Below are positions 34,690 through 43,775 of a stretch of DNA of 64,000 nt, piece by piece. The notes under the pieces were generated by a model. The model made no database searches, had not been told where the DNA came from, and was given only the letters and a program-made list of their open reading frames with translations. Source of the stretch: an uncultured Eubacterium sp. (GTDB lineage: Bacteria > Bacillota > Clostridia > Lachnospirales > Lachnospiraceae); the NCBI GenBank assembly GCA_964484225.1, contig CAZAEM010000006.1, positions 9,579-73,578 of the forward strand. The letters are read 5' to 3'. Both the position numbers and the translations under genes were made by a program. Numbering within the stretch: position 1 is the first letter of the stretch; each line of letters opens with the position of its first letter.

Positions 34690-36267
34690 TTAGACGGAGA
34701 ACATCTGCATCACTTCTATAAGTTTCATTATCTGTGTCCCGGCAACCCGGGCTCCTCCCTCCGAGGCATCAATAAACTCAGTATGGCAATTATCCATTTT
34801 CGCTCTTTCAATCCGCCTTTCAATCCATCTTCTGTATGAATTTAGATTTTGGGAAGTTGACACCATATTTCCATAAATATCCGGCACCTGCCGTTCCGAT
34901 TTTCCAAATATATTCGCATCTGACAAGCCCTGATGGCTTCTCCCTCCGGTAAAAGCCAAATCCAATCCCAGGAAAACAACTCTCGCAGCCTTGAACTGAA
35001 TACAGATATCAAGTGCTGTTGTCGTCACCGAACTTCCTGTTTCAAAGGTCATCCATCCTTTTTCATCTGCATACTCTTCCGCAAGCGGGTATCCCTCCTG
35101 GCAAGCAATATATTTCATACCTTTATACTCATCCGCCAGACGCGCATAAGCAGTACTCAGGAGAATCAGTGGTACACCACAGGATTCATATCCCTTAATC
35201 TGACAGTAACATCCCTCCGTAGGATCTGTAATAATAGCAAGGTCCGGTTCTATCCCTTCTTTCATACACCGCCACAGAGACCTGCCTACCGTCAATATGA
35301 GGGAATCTTGATTCCGATCTTTCAACAAATGAATATTTTGATCCAATGACGGTCCACCGGCAATCAGATACACTGTTTTTCCACATACTCTGTCTCGTAA
35401 TTCCTCAACGCTATTATGAATGTGAGCTTTATTATAATTAAAATTTGCCAACATACGGCCAGCCCAGCGATCTGCATTATCCATCTGCAAAAAAAGCAGC
35501 TGCATTTTATCTCGCAAAAAGTCCTCATTTATCGTATATATAGATGGATCATAGATACAAATCTTACCATCCAATACGCCTTGATCAAACTGATATGCTC
35601 TTTCCGTAAATTGCCTGTATCCACAGTCCCAGATAATTTCGACATTGGTGCGTCTATCCAACATCTCCCATACATCGGAATAATGCTCCGCCAGCTCAAT
35701 CACATGCCTGTCCTCTTCATAGACATAAACCTTCACAAAAGAGTTCCTGCTCATCGCCTCAATATGATATCCAAACGCCAATCCGGCTACATAATACACC
35801 ATTTTTTCCTGACACTGCCAACGCCCGGCATAACTCTCCGCCTCTCGGGCTGGGCACAGATTAGTATGAAGATAGCGACGCCTTCCACCAATTGTCTTTG
35901 CCAGCGTACAGGCACCTGATGCGGTATACTCCACCTGATATGCCGACTCGGCAACCGGCTGTGGTAACTGTCGCACGAGATCCCCCACCACCAGCTCAAG
36001 ACAGGGAAGAATACCGGATTCCATGTAATCCGCTGCCAAAATATAATCTCTTTCTTCATATGCATCCAAAAGTTTGGAAAACAGCTCTGTCACTTCTGAC
36101 GCTCCCTGCATTTCCGGCAAAGCCATCACCTGCTCTATGGCAGGAATCACTTTCTGTATAAATAAAGTATCACAATAAGAAATCTGTTGTCTGCGTATGC
36201 TATCGCACCAGCGGTATAGCAGAGCGATACTGTTTTGTAAGGCTTTACGTGATAAATCTACTGACAT
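34690..36267 (-). CDS. maf: Motility-associated factor (Maf, DUF115/MptE-like) putative flagellin nonulosonate transferase, paralogue 1, with a helical N-terminal extension of about 90 aa
   Basis: The Maf core is VYLIAGGPSLDQNIHLL...DLAIITDP...VVFLGLDLAF. The gene overlaps legG by 10 nt. Confidence 0.8.
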   Translation of the reverse strand: MSVDLSRKALQNSIALLYRWCDSIRRQQISYCDTLFIQKVIPAIEQVMALPEMQGASEVTELFSKLLDAYEERDYILAADYMESGILPCLELVVGDLVRQLPQPVAESAYQVEYTASGACTLAKTIGGRRRYLHTNLCPAREAESYAGRWQCQEKMVYYVAGLAFGYHIEAMSRNSFVKVYVYEEDRHVIELAEHYSDVWEMLDRRTNVEIIWDCGYRQFTERAYQFDQGVLDGKICIYDPSIYTINEDFLRDKMQLLFLQMDNADRWAGRMLANFNYNKAHIHNSVEELRDRVCGKTVYLIAGGPSLDQNIHLLKDRNQDSLILTVGRSLWRCMKEGIEPDLAIITDPTEGCYCQIKGYESCGVPLILLSTAYARLADEYKGMKYIACQEGYPLAEEYADEKGWMTFETGSSVTTTALDICIQFKAARVVFLGLDLAFTGGRSHQGLSDANIFGKSERQVPDIYGNMVSTSQNLNSYRRWIERRIERAKMDNCHTEFIDASEGGARVAGTQIMKLIEVMQMFSV

Positions 36268-37445
36268 CTTTTTTCTTTGTCCCCTCCTTCCAGATCATAA
36301 AACTTTTTTTTCAAAGAAACCCCGCCCCGCAGCTGTTCCAGCAAAATCTCCACAATCTTCCCCGAGGTATTCCCTCCATCGTAGGGATTTTCCATATGTG
36401 CCAGCGAGCCCCGGAACTCCTCCGATGCCCCCTGTGCAAAAGCCGCCCGGATCTCTTCTTCCGTGTTCCCACAGTGGATCACCGAATCCGGTGCGATCCT
36501 GCCCTGCTGCCTGTCTCCGATGTCAATGGTCGGAATCCGAAAGGAGGGGACTTCTATAATGCCGCTGGAAGAATTCCCCATCACCATACAGCAATACTGC
36601 AACGCACTCAGATAACGCAACTGTCCCAGAGAGGTAAAAGCAATACTGTTCTCCGGATGGGAGGAGACAAACTCATCCATCATCTGATTGATGATCCGGC
36701 CCCCTGCATCAGCGTTCGCCTTGGTGAAGATAAACCGATACTCCGGTTCTCCCTCTATCACATGCAAAACGGCCCGGAACTGTTCCTCCGCCGTCCCCGG
36801 CTCCAACGTCACCGGGTGAAAGGTGACCATCACCGTCCTGTCCTCTATGGCAAAATCCATCTGCCGCTCCAGTTCCGGCTTATTTAACAGGGTCCTTTTC
36901 CGGATATTTTCCACTCCCAGGGCTCCCACGTAAAACACGCGGTCCGGGCTCTCCCCCAGTTGGATCACCCTGCGCCGATACTCCCTGGTGGCTGTGAAAT
37001 GCAGCTGACTCATCTTCGTGACTGCGTGCCGTATGGCCTCATCCGCCATCCCCTCCGTAGTCTCTCCTCCATGTATGTGGGCTATAGGTATGACGGCTGT
37101 CATCGCAGCTGTGGCCGCTGCCAGTATCTCATACCGGTCCCCCAGCAAAAGTACCAGATCCGGCCGGCTTCTCTCAAAGTAATCGGCAAATCCAAAAAGG
37201 GCCACTCCTATGGATTTCGTCACGCCGGCTCTGGTATCGGAGTCCAGCAGCATCTCTACCCTGGCGGTGATGGGAAATCCATCCGCCTCAATCTCTCTGT
37301 AGGTGAGACCGAACTCCGGGGACAGGTGCATTCCCGTGACCACCAGTTCCATCTCCACCGACTCCTCCCGGTGTAATCTCTCTATCACTGGCCGCAAAAG
37401 ACCGTATTCCGCCCTGGTTCCCGTAACGACACATATCTTCTTCAT
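36258..37445 (-). CDS. legG: Hydrolysing NDP-sugar 2-epimerase (NeuC/LegG type)
   Basis: MKKICVVTGTRAEYGLLRPV, VLLLGDRYE, and IAHIHGGE are present. Confidence 0.85.
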   Translation of the reverse strand: MKKICVVTGTRAEYGLLRPVIERLHREESVEMELVVTGMHLSPEFGLTYREIEADGFPITARVEMLLDSDTRAGVTKSIGVALFGFADYFERSRPDLVLLLGDRYEILAAATAAMTAVIPIAHIHGGETTEGMADEAIRHAVTKMSQLHFTATREYRRRVIQLGESPDRVFYVGALGVENIRKRTLLNKPELERQMDFAIEDRTVMVTFHPVTLEPGTAEEQFRAVLHVIEGEPEYRFIFTKANADAGGRIINQMMDEFVSSHPENSIAFTSLGQLRYLSALQYCCMVMGNSSSGIIEVPSFRIPTIDIGDRQQGRIAPDSVIHCGNTEEEIRAAFAQGASEEFRGSLAHMENPYDGGNTSGKIVEILLEQLRGGVSLKKKFYDLEGGDKEKRCQ

Positions 37446-38443
37446 AGCTCTATCCTCTCATCCCGTTTATAGTTCCGGCAAGCCTGCTTTCCCAGCACCT
37501 CTCTCCAGCGCATGGGAGAAAGGCCGGTGCCCGGACGCTTCGTCGTGATGTTTTCCTCTGTGAACACCTCTCCGGCAGAGATATCACAGGCAGCCACAAT
37601 ACTCTTTCTCACCACCTCCAGGTTGGCACGCTCAGAATCCGAAGGAGCTTTTTCCCCGTCTCCCAACGCAAGCTGGATGTTTCGGATGGCTGACACCATG
37701 GCTTTCAACTCCTCCGGCTCGAGACTGGCCCGGTGGTCCGGTCCCTCCATGGTCCGGTCCAGCGTGAAATGTTTCTCGATCACCGACGCCGACAATGCCG
37801 CCGCCGCGATGGCTGCTTCGATCCCACGGGTATGGTCAGAATATCCCACGGGACAGCGGAATCTCTCCCTCATGCTCTGCATGGCCAGAAGGTTCACATC
37901 CTCCATGGGAGTAGGATAGCCCGTATTGCAGTGGAGCAATGTATAAGCACCACATCCATTGTCCCGCAGCACTTCCAGTGCCTGGCCAATCTCCTCCATG
38001 GTACTCATGCCGGTGGAGAGAATGACCTCCTCCCCCAGGGAAGCAATTTTTCTCAGATAGGGATAATTGTTGATCTCCCCGGAGGGAATCTTCCAGTTTC
38101 TGACGCCCAGATCATGCAGCAGTTCGATACTCTCCAAATCAAAGGGTGTAGACAGAAACCGTATCCCCCTCTCCCCGCAATGGCGGATCAACTCCCTGTG
38201 GGCCTCCGGGGACAATTCCAGTTTTTTTAACATCTCGAACTGGGATTCCTCCCGGTCCGTGGATTCTCTCTGGTACTCCGCCTTGGCCGCATCACAAGTC
38301 ACCAGATTCTCTGTGCGGTAGGTCTGAAATTTCACAGCGTCCGCCCCCGCCTCGGCAGCAAGGTCTATCATCTTTTTCGCCAGAAGTATATCCCCGTTGT
38401 GGTTGACTCCCGCCTCGGCAATAATAAATACACTTTCTGACAT
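37442..38443 (-). CDS. legI: Nonulosonic acid synthase (NeuB/LegI type)
   Basis: FIIAEAGVNHNGD...AGADAVKFQT is present, with a C-terminal SAF domain (GEVFTEENITTKRPGTG). I set the start at ATG 38443. Confidence 0.85.
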   Translation of the reverse strand: MSESVFIIAEAGVNHNGDILLAKKMIDLAAEAGADAVKFQTYRTENLVTCDAAKAEYQRESTDREESQFEMLKKLELSPEAHRELIRHCGERGIRFLSTPFDLESIELLHDLGVRNWKIPSGEINNYPYLRKIASLGEEVILSTGMSTMEEIGQALEVLRDNGCGAYTLLHCNTGYPTPMEDVNLLAMQSMRERFRCPVGYSDHTRGIEAAIAAAALSASVIEKHFTLDRTMEGPDHRASLEPEELKAMVSAIRNIQLALGDGEKAPSDSERANLEVVRKSIVAACDISAGEVFTEENITTKRPGTGLSPMRWREVLGKQACRNYKRDERIEL

Positions 38444-38466
38444 GGCTGTTCCTCCCCTGCTCTGTA

Positions 38467-39078
38467 TCATCGGATGACCTCACCCTCTCCCACGTTCCGC
38501 CTCACCACATAGCCGGCTCCCACAATGGCTCCGCCTCCCACACTTCTCTCCTGCAGAACCGTAGCACCGGCGCCAATCAATGCCTCCTGTCCCACCGAGA
38601 CCTGACCGCACAGTATCGCCCCCACAGCTATGTGACTGAAATCCCCCACCCTGCATCCGTGCTCCACAATGGCTCCCGTATTGACAATACACATCTTTCC
38701 CAAACGTGCACCGGCGTTGACCACTGCATTCTTCCCCACAAAGACACCATCCTCCATCCAGACATCCCGGGCTATCACCGCACTGGGATCAATGACGGCC
38801 GGGATGTGAAAACCGATCTCCGCAAGGCGGGCATAAAGCCGCTGCCTTATGTCCGATCTCCCCAGATAGCCCACAGCCACAAAGGCATGCCGGATCCCCT
38901 CTGCATAGATTCGATCCAGGTCCTCATCGTCACCGATCAATGGATAATCGGAGAATACCCTGTCCTTGTTTTCCTCCGGTCCCACAAAGCCGGCAATCTT
39001 GTATTTTCCCTGTCTCTCCGCCACATCCACAACACTCTGCCCATGGCCTCCGGAACCCAGAATGATCATCTCCTCCAT
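38467..39078 (-). CDS. legH: NeuD/PglD-family hexapeptide N-acetyltransferase (LegH-like)
   Basis: The N-terminal domain is IILGSGGHGQSVVD. Left-handed beta-helix repeats follow (GKNAVVNAGARLGKMCIVNTGAIVEHGCRVGDFSHIAVGA). Confidence 0.8.
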   Translation of the reverse strand: MEEMIILGSGGHGQSVVDVAERQGKYKIAGFVGPEENKDRVFSDYPLIGDDEDLDRIYAEGIRHAFVAVGYLGRSDIRQRLYARLAEIGFHIPAVIDPSAVIARDVWMEDGVFVGKNAVVNAGARLGKMCIVNTGAIVEHGCRVGDFSHIAVGAILCGQVSVGQEALIGAGATVLQERSVGGGAIVGAGYVVRRNVGEGEVIR

Positions 39079-40643
39079 ATCTCAGCCTCCGTCATCCTTC
39101 TCTCAAACTCCTCCATAATTTCCACAAAAGCACGCTCTGTGTCCAGAAGGATTTTTGAACGCCGTCCTGCCGCCTCACTCTGTCTGTCATAGAAAGCCGG
39201 ATCCTCCATGTACTTCAAAACAAGTCTCTCCATCTCATTATAATCCGCCACAGCAAACTCCTCTGAAGCATTCACATACACATCCCCATACCGGGTAGTG
39301 ATGACAGGTACCCCCTTGTACATCGCCTCCACTGCAGAAGTGCCTCCTCCCTGCCTTATCGGGTTCAAATAAAGGTCACAGATTTCCATGTAGGCCAATA
39401 TATCATCCACCATCCCGGGGTAACTGCTGTTCCGGTACAGATTCGGACGGGTCCGGCGAATCTTATTATACCCCATGTCAAATCCTCCAAGAAATAGCAC
39501 AAATATTTCTTTCCTCTCTATGATTCTCTCCAACATGTCAAGAAACTCATCAGACACCTCCTGATCCAATCTCCCACCCACCACCACAGCCACAAAACGA
39601 TCCGATGGAATGGACAGTTCATCCCTGTTCCATTTCTTCTCCTGGGGTTTCAAATCGCTGGTAAACACAGCAGATATCACAGAATTTCGGTCTATCTCAT
39701 AGCGGGACATCACCCTCTCATCATCTTGTGAGAGCGGTCTTCCCAGTTGCTGAAAATCTGCCAATGTGTCCCGAAGCATGGAGGGAGCATAATTAATAAA
39801 TAGCGTATCCACAATCCTGCTGCACATCTCCTCCACTATACCTCCTCCACCCATGATGACAACCTGATAAGGTTTATTATCCACAATGAGATTCAACAGA
39901 TTTTGCACCCAATCCATCCTGGGCATGCCCAACTCCATCTGGATGTAGGAAATCGGGCATCCCTTATATTCCCAAATCTCCCTATCCGATAACTCAGGTA
40001 CATAATTCCCCACCACCATCCGGTACATAGGAACTTTCCCAACCGAACTACACACCTCCGCTGTATTGATCAGAAGTATGTCCTTTCCCATTTTCTCTAT
40101 CATAACTCTGCAACGGTCTAATGTACTTTTTGTAGGACCATGTACCAGTGAGAGCATCTGGCCCGTAATCACAATGATAAAATCTTTGTTTCTGGCAGAA
40201 ATGGGAATCTTATTTTCCGGAAGACACAGCTTCTCTGCATAGGTATCACGCACACCCGAGTACAACATATGAAGCTTATCCAGCGCCGTATCTGATGCGA
40301 TAGAGCCACAGCTAAAAATCCAGTTCGTCAACTGATTATATATAAACAGGCGTTCTTCCACCGACATCTCCGACTGCAAAACTGCATCCAATATCTTCTC
40401 TGTCCAGATCTTCTCTCCTGTCTTGTCCAACAGGGCACTCCAGATATAAATTCTGGCATAGACATTCAAGTCATCAGATATATGCCCTGCATACTCTTTC
40501 AGTTCCAGCCAAGCCTCCCCGGACATCCGGTGAAGGTACTCCTCTGCCCGAGCCCAGTGTGTCATTCTCTCTATATATCCGTGACCGTTTACGGTATCAA
40601 TTTTTTTGATCAATTCCAAACATTCATTCTTTTCATTCTTCAA
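39066..40643 (-). CDS. GT-B-fold glycosyltransferase whose C-terminal half resembles SPY/O-GlcNAc-transferase (GT41)-type enzymes
   Basis: CDLYLNPIRQGGGTSAVEAMYKGVPVITT resembles the GT41 D..LD....GGTTT.DALWMGVPVVT motif. The N-terminal half is helical. The family call is tentative. Confidence 0.5.
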   Translation of the reverse strand: MKNEKNECLELIKKIDTVNGHGYIERMTHWARAEEYLHRMSGEAWLELKEYAGHISDDLNVYARIYIWSALLDKTGEKIWTEKILDAVLQSEMSVEERLFIYNQLTNWIFSCGSIASDTALDKLHMLYSGVRDTYAEKLCLPENKIPISARNKDFIIVITGQMLSLVHGPTKSTLDRCRVMIEKMGKDILLINTAEVCSSVGKVPMYRMVVGNYVPELSDREIWEYKGCPISYIQMELGMPRMDWVQNLLNLIVDNKPYQVVIMGGGGIVEEMCSRIVDTLFINYAPSMLRDTLADFQQLGRPLSQDDERVMSRYEIDRNSVISAVFTSDLKPQEKKWNRDELSIPSDRFVAVVVGGRLDQEVSDEFLDMLERIIERKEIFVLFLGGFDMGYNKIRRTRPNLYRNSSYPGMVDDILAYMEICDLYLNPIRQGGGTSAVEAMYKGVPVITTRYGDVYVNASEEFAVADYNEMERLVLKYMEDPAFYDRQSEAAGRRSKILLDTERAFVEIMEEFERRMTEAEIWRR

Positions 40644-42582
40644 TGAGGTAGTCTCCTAACATTTTTTTTACAATCCCAACACATTTCTCCAAAAGAGCTT
40701 CATCATATATATCCTGTCCCTCTGCATCCCGCAGGGTATACATGCCGTCAAAGTCAATGCGGCAGTCATTGGAAACCAGATGATTGCTCTTAAAATAAAA
40801 CTGGTAATCTCTGGCCAGTATGCTCGCCTCATAGTTCCGGCCAGGAAACAATGTTTGGAAAAACAAATACTCCTTTTCCCCATCTCCGCCAAAACATCGT
40901 GGGAGTTTTCCGTCACCCAGTCCAAGACGATTGTCCTCAATCCCTGCCAGGTGGCACAGTATCTGCGGGTAGTCCACCGTCTCCATCCACTCGCCACAGA
41001 CCATGCTCTCGCAGCCACTACCGTATACCATCAATGGCACATTCATTCTCTGTGCGGAAAGAAAATTCTCTCCGTCCTCCACATTAAATCCATTCCCATG
41101 ATCAGAGAACAAGGTAACAACAATCTCCTTTTGATCATAATTTTCATCCAGATAGCGATAGAGACTGCCCAGAAAGAAATCAATTCTCCGCAATTGCTCG
41201 CCATACACAATTTCCCGGTTATCGCTATGGCTCTGATAGAGGCTGGAGCCACCCAGATTGTCAATCACGTTCGTATGGGGTCCGCACCTTGCCTGCACAC
41301 TGACCGGCATTTTCCAATACCCTGCCACCTCATGCAAATCCTGAATCTCAATCCACATAAAATTGTCGGCTTCGCCAAAAGCCCTCAGATGCTCCAGTGT
41401 CTCATTTACCACATCCTGAACATGAAAGTTCTGTTCTGACTCCTCGTATAACATTCGGTCCACTCCGCGGATATATCCCAAACTTGGCACAACCATGTAG
41501 TTTCCTCCGATCTTCCCAGTAAGATAGCCGTGCTCCCTAAAAATTTCCGGGAGAAGAAGAAAGTCGGAAGAAAGAGGAAAGAACACATTGGCATTCAACA
41601 GTCCATGACGAGTGGAGCGCTGTCCCGTCCAGTATGTAGCAACGCTGGGATAGGTAAATTCCGAACCGGAGAAGAACTCGTTGCAGATCATCCCCCTGCC
41701 AAAAAAAGCTGCCGTGTTTGGCATATATGCCTCCAGAGAATGTTTTTTAATAAAATACCAGTTAAAGCTGTCAAGAAAAATATTAAGAACCAATTTCTTA
41801 TTTTCCGACCTATGCTGCAATATCAACGGTTTTCCAAAATATATATCCTCTGAGGACGTGATCTTTGTCGGCTCCTCCAGGCGATAATACATAAAAGTCT
41901 TCCGTATGGCATCTTCCTTATACCGGAATTCCCCGCTTTTCGAAGAAAAAGCAACCTCTACCGGATTATTTATCCGACTCGAAGTCACCGGAACCAGACA
42001 CGGAAATCCCTCCGTCACATCCAGATGCTTTCCTTTTTTAATAATCTCAAATATCTCGCACTTGCTGCTCAGGCCATTTTGATTTTCATCGCACATCCTA
42101 TAACTGCAATACCAGTTGTCATAACGGCCCAGAAAAAAATCTTTTCCCTCCCAGCGGTGGGGGCCAAAATACTCCTTCATGGAAAAAGGATATGTGAACA
42201 TATTTAATTCCAGCGACTTGTCCAGCGCTGTCACGTCTTCTATCTGCTCCAAGTATCTCTGTCTCTCCTCTGGCAGCAGATTCACGGATTCCATGCTGGC
42301 GTTTTCCCGCGCCAGATTCATCTGCTGTTGAAGCACCTCTTCCTCCACCAGATATTCCTCGTATTTGTGCTGCAGGCTGAAAAGAATATGATAATACTGA
42401 TAACTGGTCAAATAATCCCCTATACCGAAACAGGATTCTGCCAGGAGCAGATTCGCCATCAGATTCAATCGATTTCTCTCCACCAAATCTTTCGCAAGCG
42501 AAAACGCCTCCTCATATCTCCCAGCTTCCACCAGAGAAAAAACATACCCAATCTGCTCATCATAACTCATATGACTTTTCAT
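40633..42582 (-). CDS. Soluble TPR-like N-domain plus alkaline-phosphatase-superfamily (sulfatase/LtaS/EptA-fold) domain protein
   Basis: Metal and nucleophile landmarks are NIFLDSFNW, GSEFTYPSVATYWTG (Thr at the nucleophile position, with no C/S-x-P-x-R formylglycine motif), and LFSDHGN. No TM segment is visible. I set the start at ATG 42582 after AAGGAG. The track start at 42663 has no RBS. Confidence 0.7.
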   Translation of the reverse strand: MKSHMSYDEQIGYVFSLVEAGRYEEAFSLAKDLVERNRLNLMANLLLAESCFGIGDYLTSYQYYHILFSLQHKYEEYLVEEEVLQQQMNLARENASMESVNLLPEERQRYLEQIEDVTALDKSLELNMFTYPFSMKEYFGPHRWEGKDFFLGRYDNWYCSYRMCDENQNGLSSKCEIFEIIKKGKHLDVTEGFPCLVPVTSSRINNPVEVAFSSKSGEFRYKEDAIRKTFMYYRLEEPTKITSSEDIYFGKPLILQHRSENKKLVLNIFLDSFNWYFIKKHSLEAYMPNTAAFFGRGMICNEFFSGSEFTYPSVATYWTGQRSTRHGLLNANVFFPLSSDFLLLPEIFREHGYLTGKIGGNYMVVPSLGYIRGVDRMLYEESEQNFHVQDVVNETLEHLRAFGEADNFMWIEIQDLHEVAGYWKMPVSVQARCGPHTNVIDNLGGSSLYQSHSDNREIVYGEQLRRIDFFLGSLYRYLDENYDQKEIVVTLFSDHGNGFNVEDGENFLSAQRMNVPLMVYGSGCESMVCGEWMETVDYPQILCHLAGIEDNRLGLGDGKLPRCFGGDGEKEYLFFQTLFPGRNYEASILARDYQFYFKSNHLVSNDCRIDFDGMYTLRDAEGQDIYDEALLEKCVGIVKKMLGDYLIEE

Positions 42583-42765
42583 TTCACTTCCATCTCCTTT
42601 TTGAATATGTACCTTTGACGACAAATATCCTTTGAATCCCTCTCTGCCATATATCCTCTCCATCTAATATTTCCAAAAATCTCTCTTTGCTCTCCCACAC
42701 CCCTGTATCTCCGGCAGGATCATTATCACCTTCTCTTCCGGCAAAGCACTTTTTTTTCCACCGAG

Positions 42766-43758
42766 TCATAGTCCTTTCCAAACCACTTTAATCCTCCCCG
42801 CCATGTAGTCCTCACAGAAATCCTCTACACTGCTGTTGATTCCCGCACTTTTCAACTCTGACACAAACTTTTCCTCCATCTCTCCGTAATATGGATAATC
42901 ATGAGCAGCCGTCCCGATCACAGGCTTCCGAAAATCTCCATACTTGGCACACAGTATTTCCTCATATCCCCTGGGCACAGCAATCTGCATGTTGTTGAAA
43001 GGCATGTATATCACCTCTTCCCAGCACTCCTTGCTTACAAATTTATTCTTCATCTCGCGCAGCCATATGATCTCCCCCATGCATCTCCCCTCGTCCTCAT
43101 GGAAGAGCGCAGAACAGGCATCCATCATTCGCAATACATGATACCTCTGATTTTCCGTCGGCATCGGTACATCGGTGAATTCCTCAAAATAAGCAAGCTT
43201 ATCCGCCAACTCCCCGGTCTCTTCCAATTCCTCCCAATTACTGACAATACCCACCCCAAGGCTCACAAGACTCTCCTGGGTTCTGTAAAGTTCGGGATCA
43301 TCAGGGATAACATCAAGCGGAAAGATGTCTATGCCCACAAACTCAAAAGGATACCCGTGAAAAGTCTGCAGGTATTCATCCATATCCCACTCATTTCTGA
43401 CGGCGCTTACCCTCAACTGACTACCTTTATGAAGAATCTGATATTTAGGATCTGGCGAATGGATTCCCAATACACGATAGCCTTTGGGGAGTTGTTTCGG
43501 CAGGATTTTCACCAGCTTATCAAACTCCTCTCTCTTTATGCAGATATCTATGTCATCGTCCCAGGGAATGAATCCCTGATGACGAACTGTCCCAAGAAGA
43601 GTGCCCCCGTCTGCATAATACTGAATACCATTCTTCTCACACAACTCTGTCACCAAATTTAAAACTTCCATCTGCGCCGCCCAAGCTCTCTTCATCATCC
43701 GGGAGACGGTAAATCCCTCTATCATCTCTTCCCTGAAAAACTCTTCTGAAAATTTCAT
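42766..43758 (-). CDS. licD: LicD-family phosphotransferase (CDP-alcohol-dependent phospho-substituent transferase)
   Basis: YYADGGTLLGTVRHQGFIPWDDDIDICIKREEFDKL is the LicD signature. Confidence 0.8.
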   Translation of the reverse strand: MKFSEEFFREEMIEGFTVSRMMKRAWAAQMEVLNLVTELCEKNGIQYYADGGTLLGTVRHQGFIPWDDDIDICIKREEFDKLVKILPKQLPKGYRVLGIHSPDPKYQILHKGSQLRVSAVRNEWDMDEYLQTFHGYPFEFVGIDIFPLDVIPDDPELYRTQESLVSLGVGIVSNWEELEETGELADKLAYFEEFTDVPMPTENQRYHVLRMMDACSALFHEDEGRCMGEIIWLREMKNKFVSKECWEEVIYMPFNNMQIAVPRGYEEILCAKYGDFRKPVIGTAAHDYPYYGEMEEKFVSELKSAGINSSVEDFCEDYMAGRIKVVWKGL

Positions 43759-43775
43759 CCTTAACCTCCTTTAAC

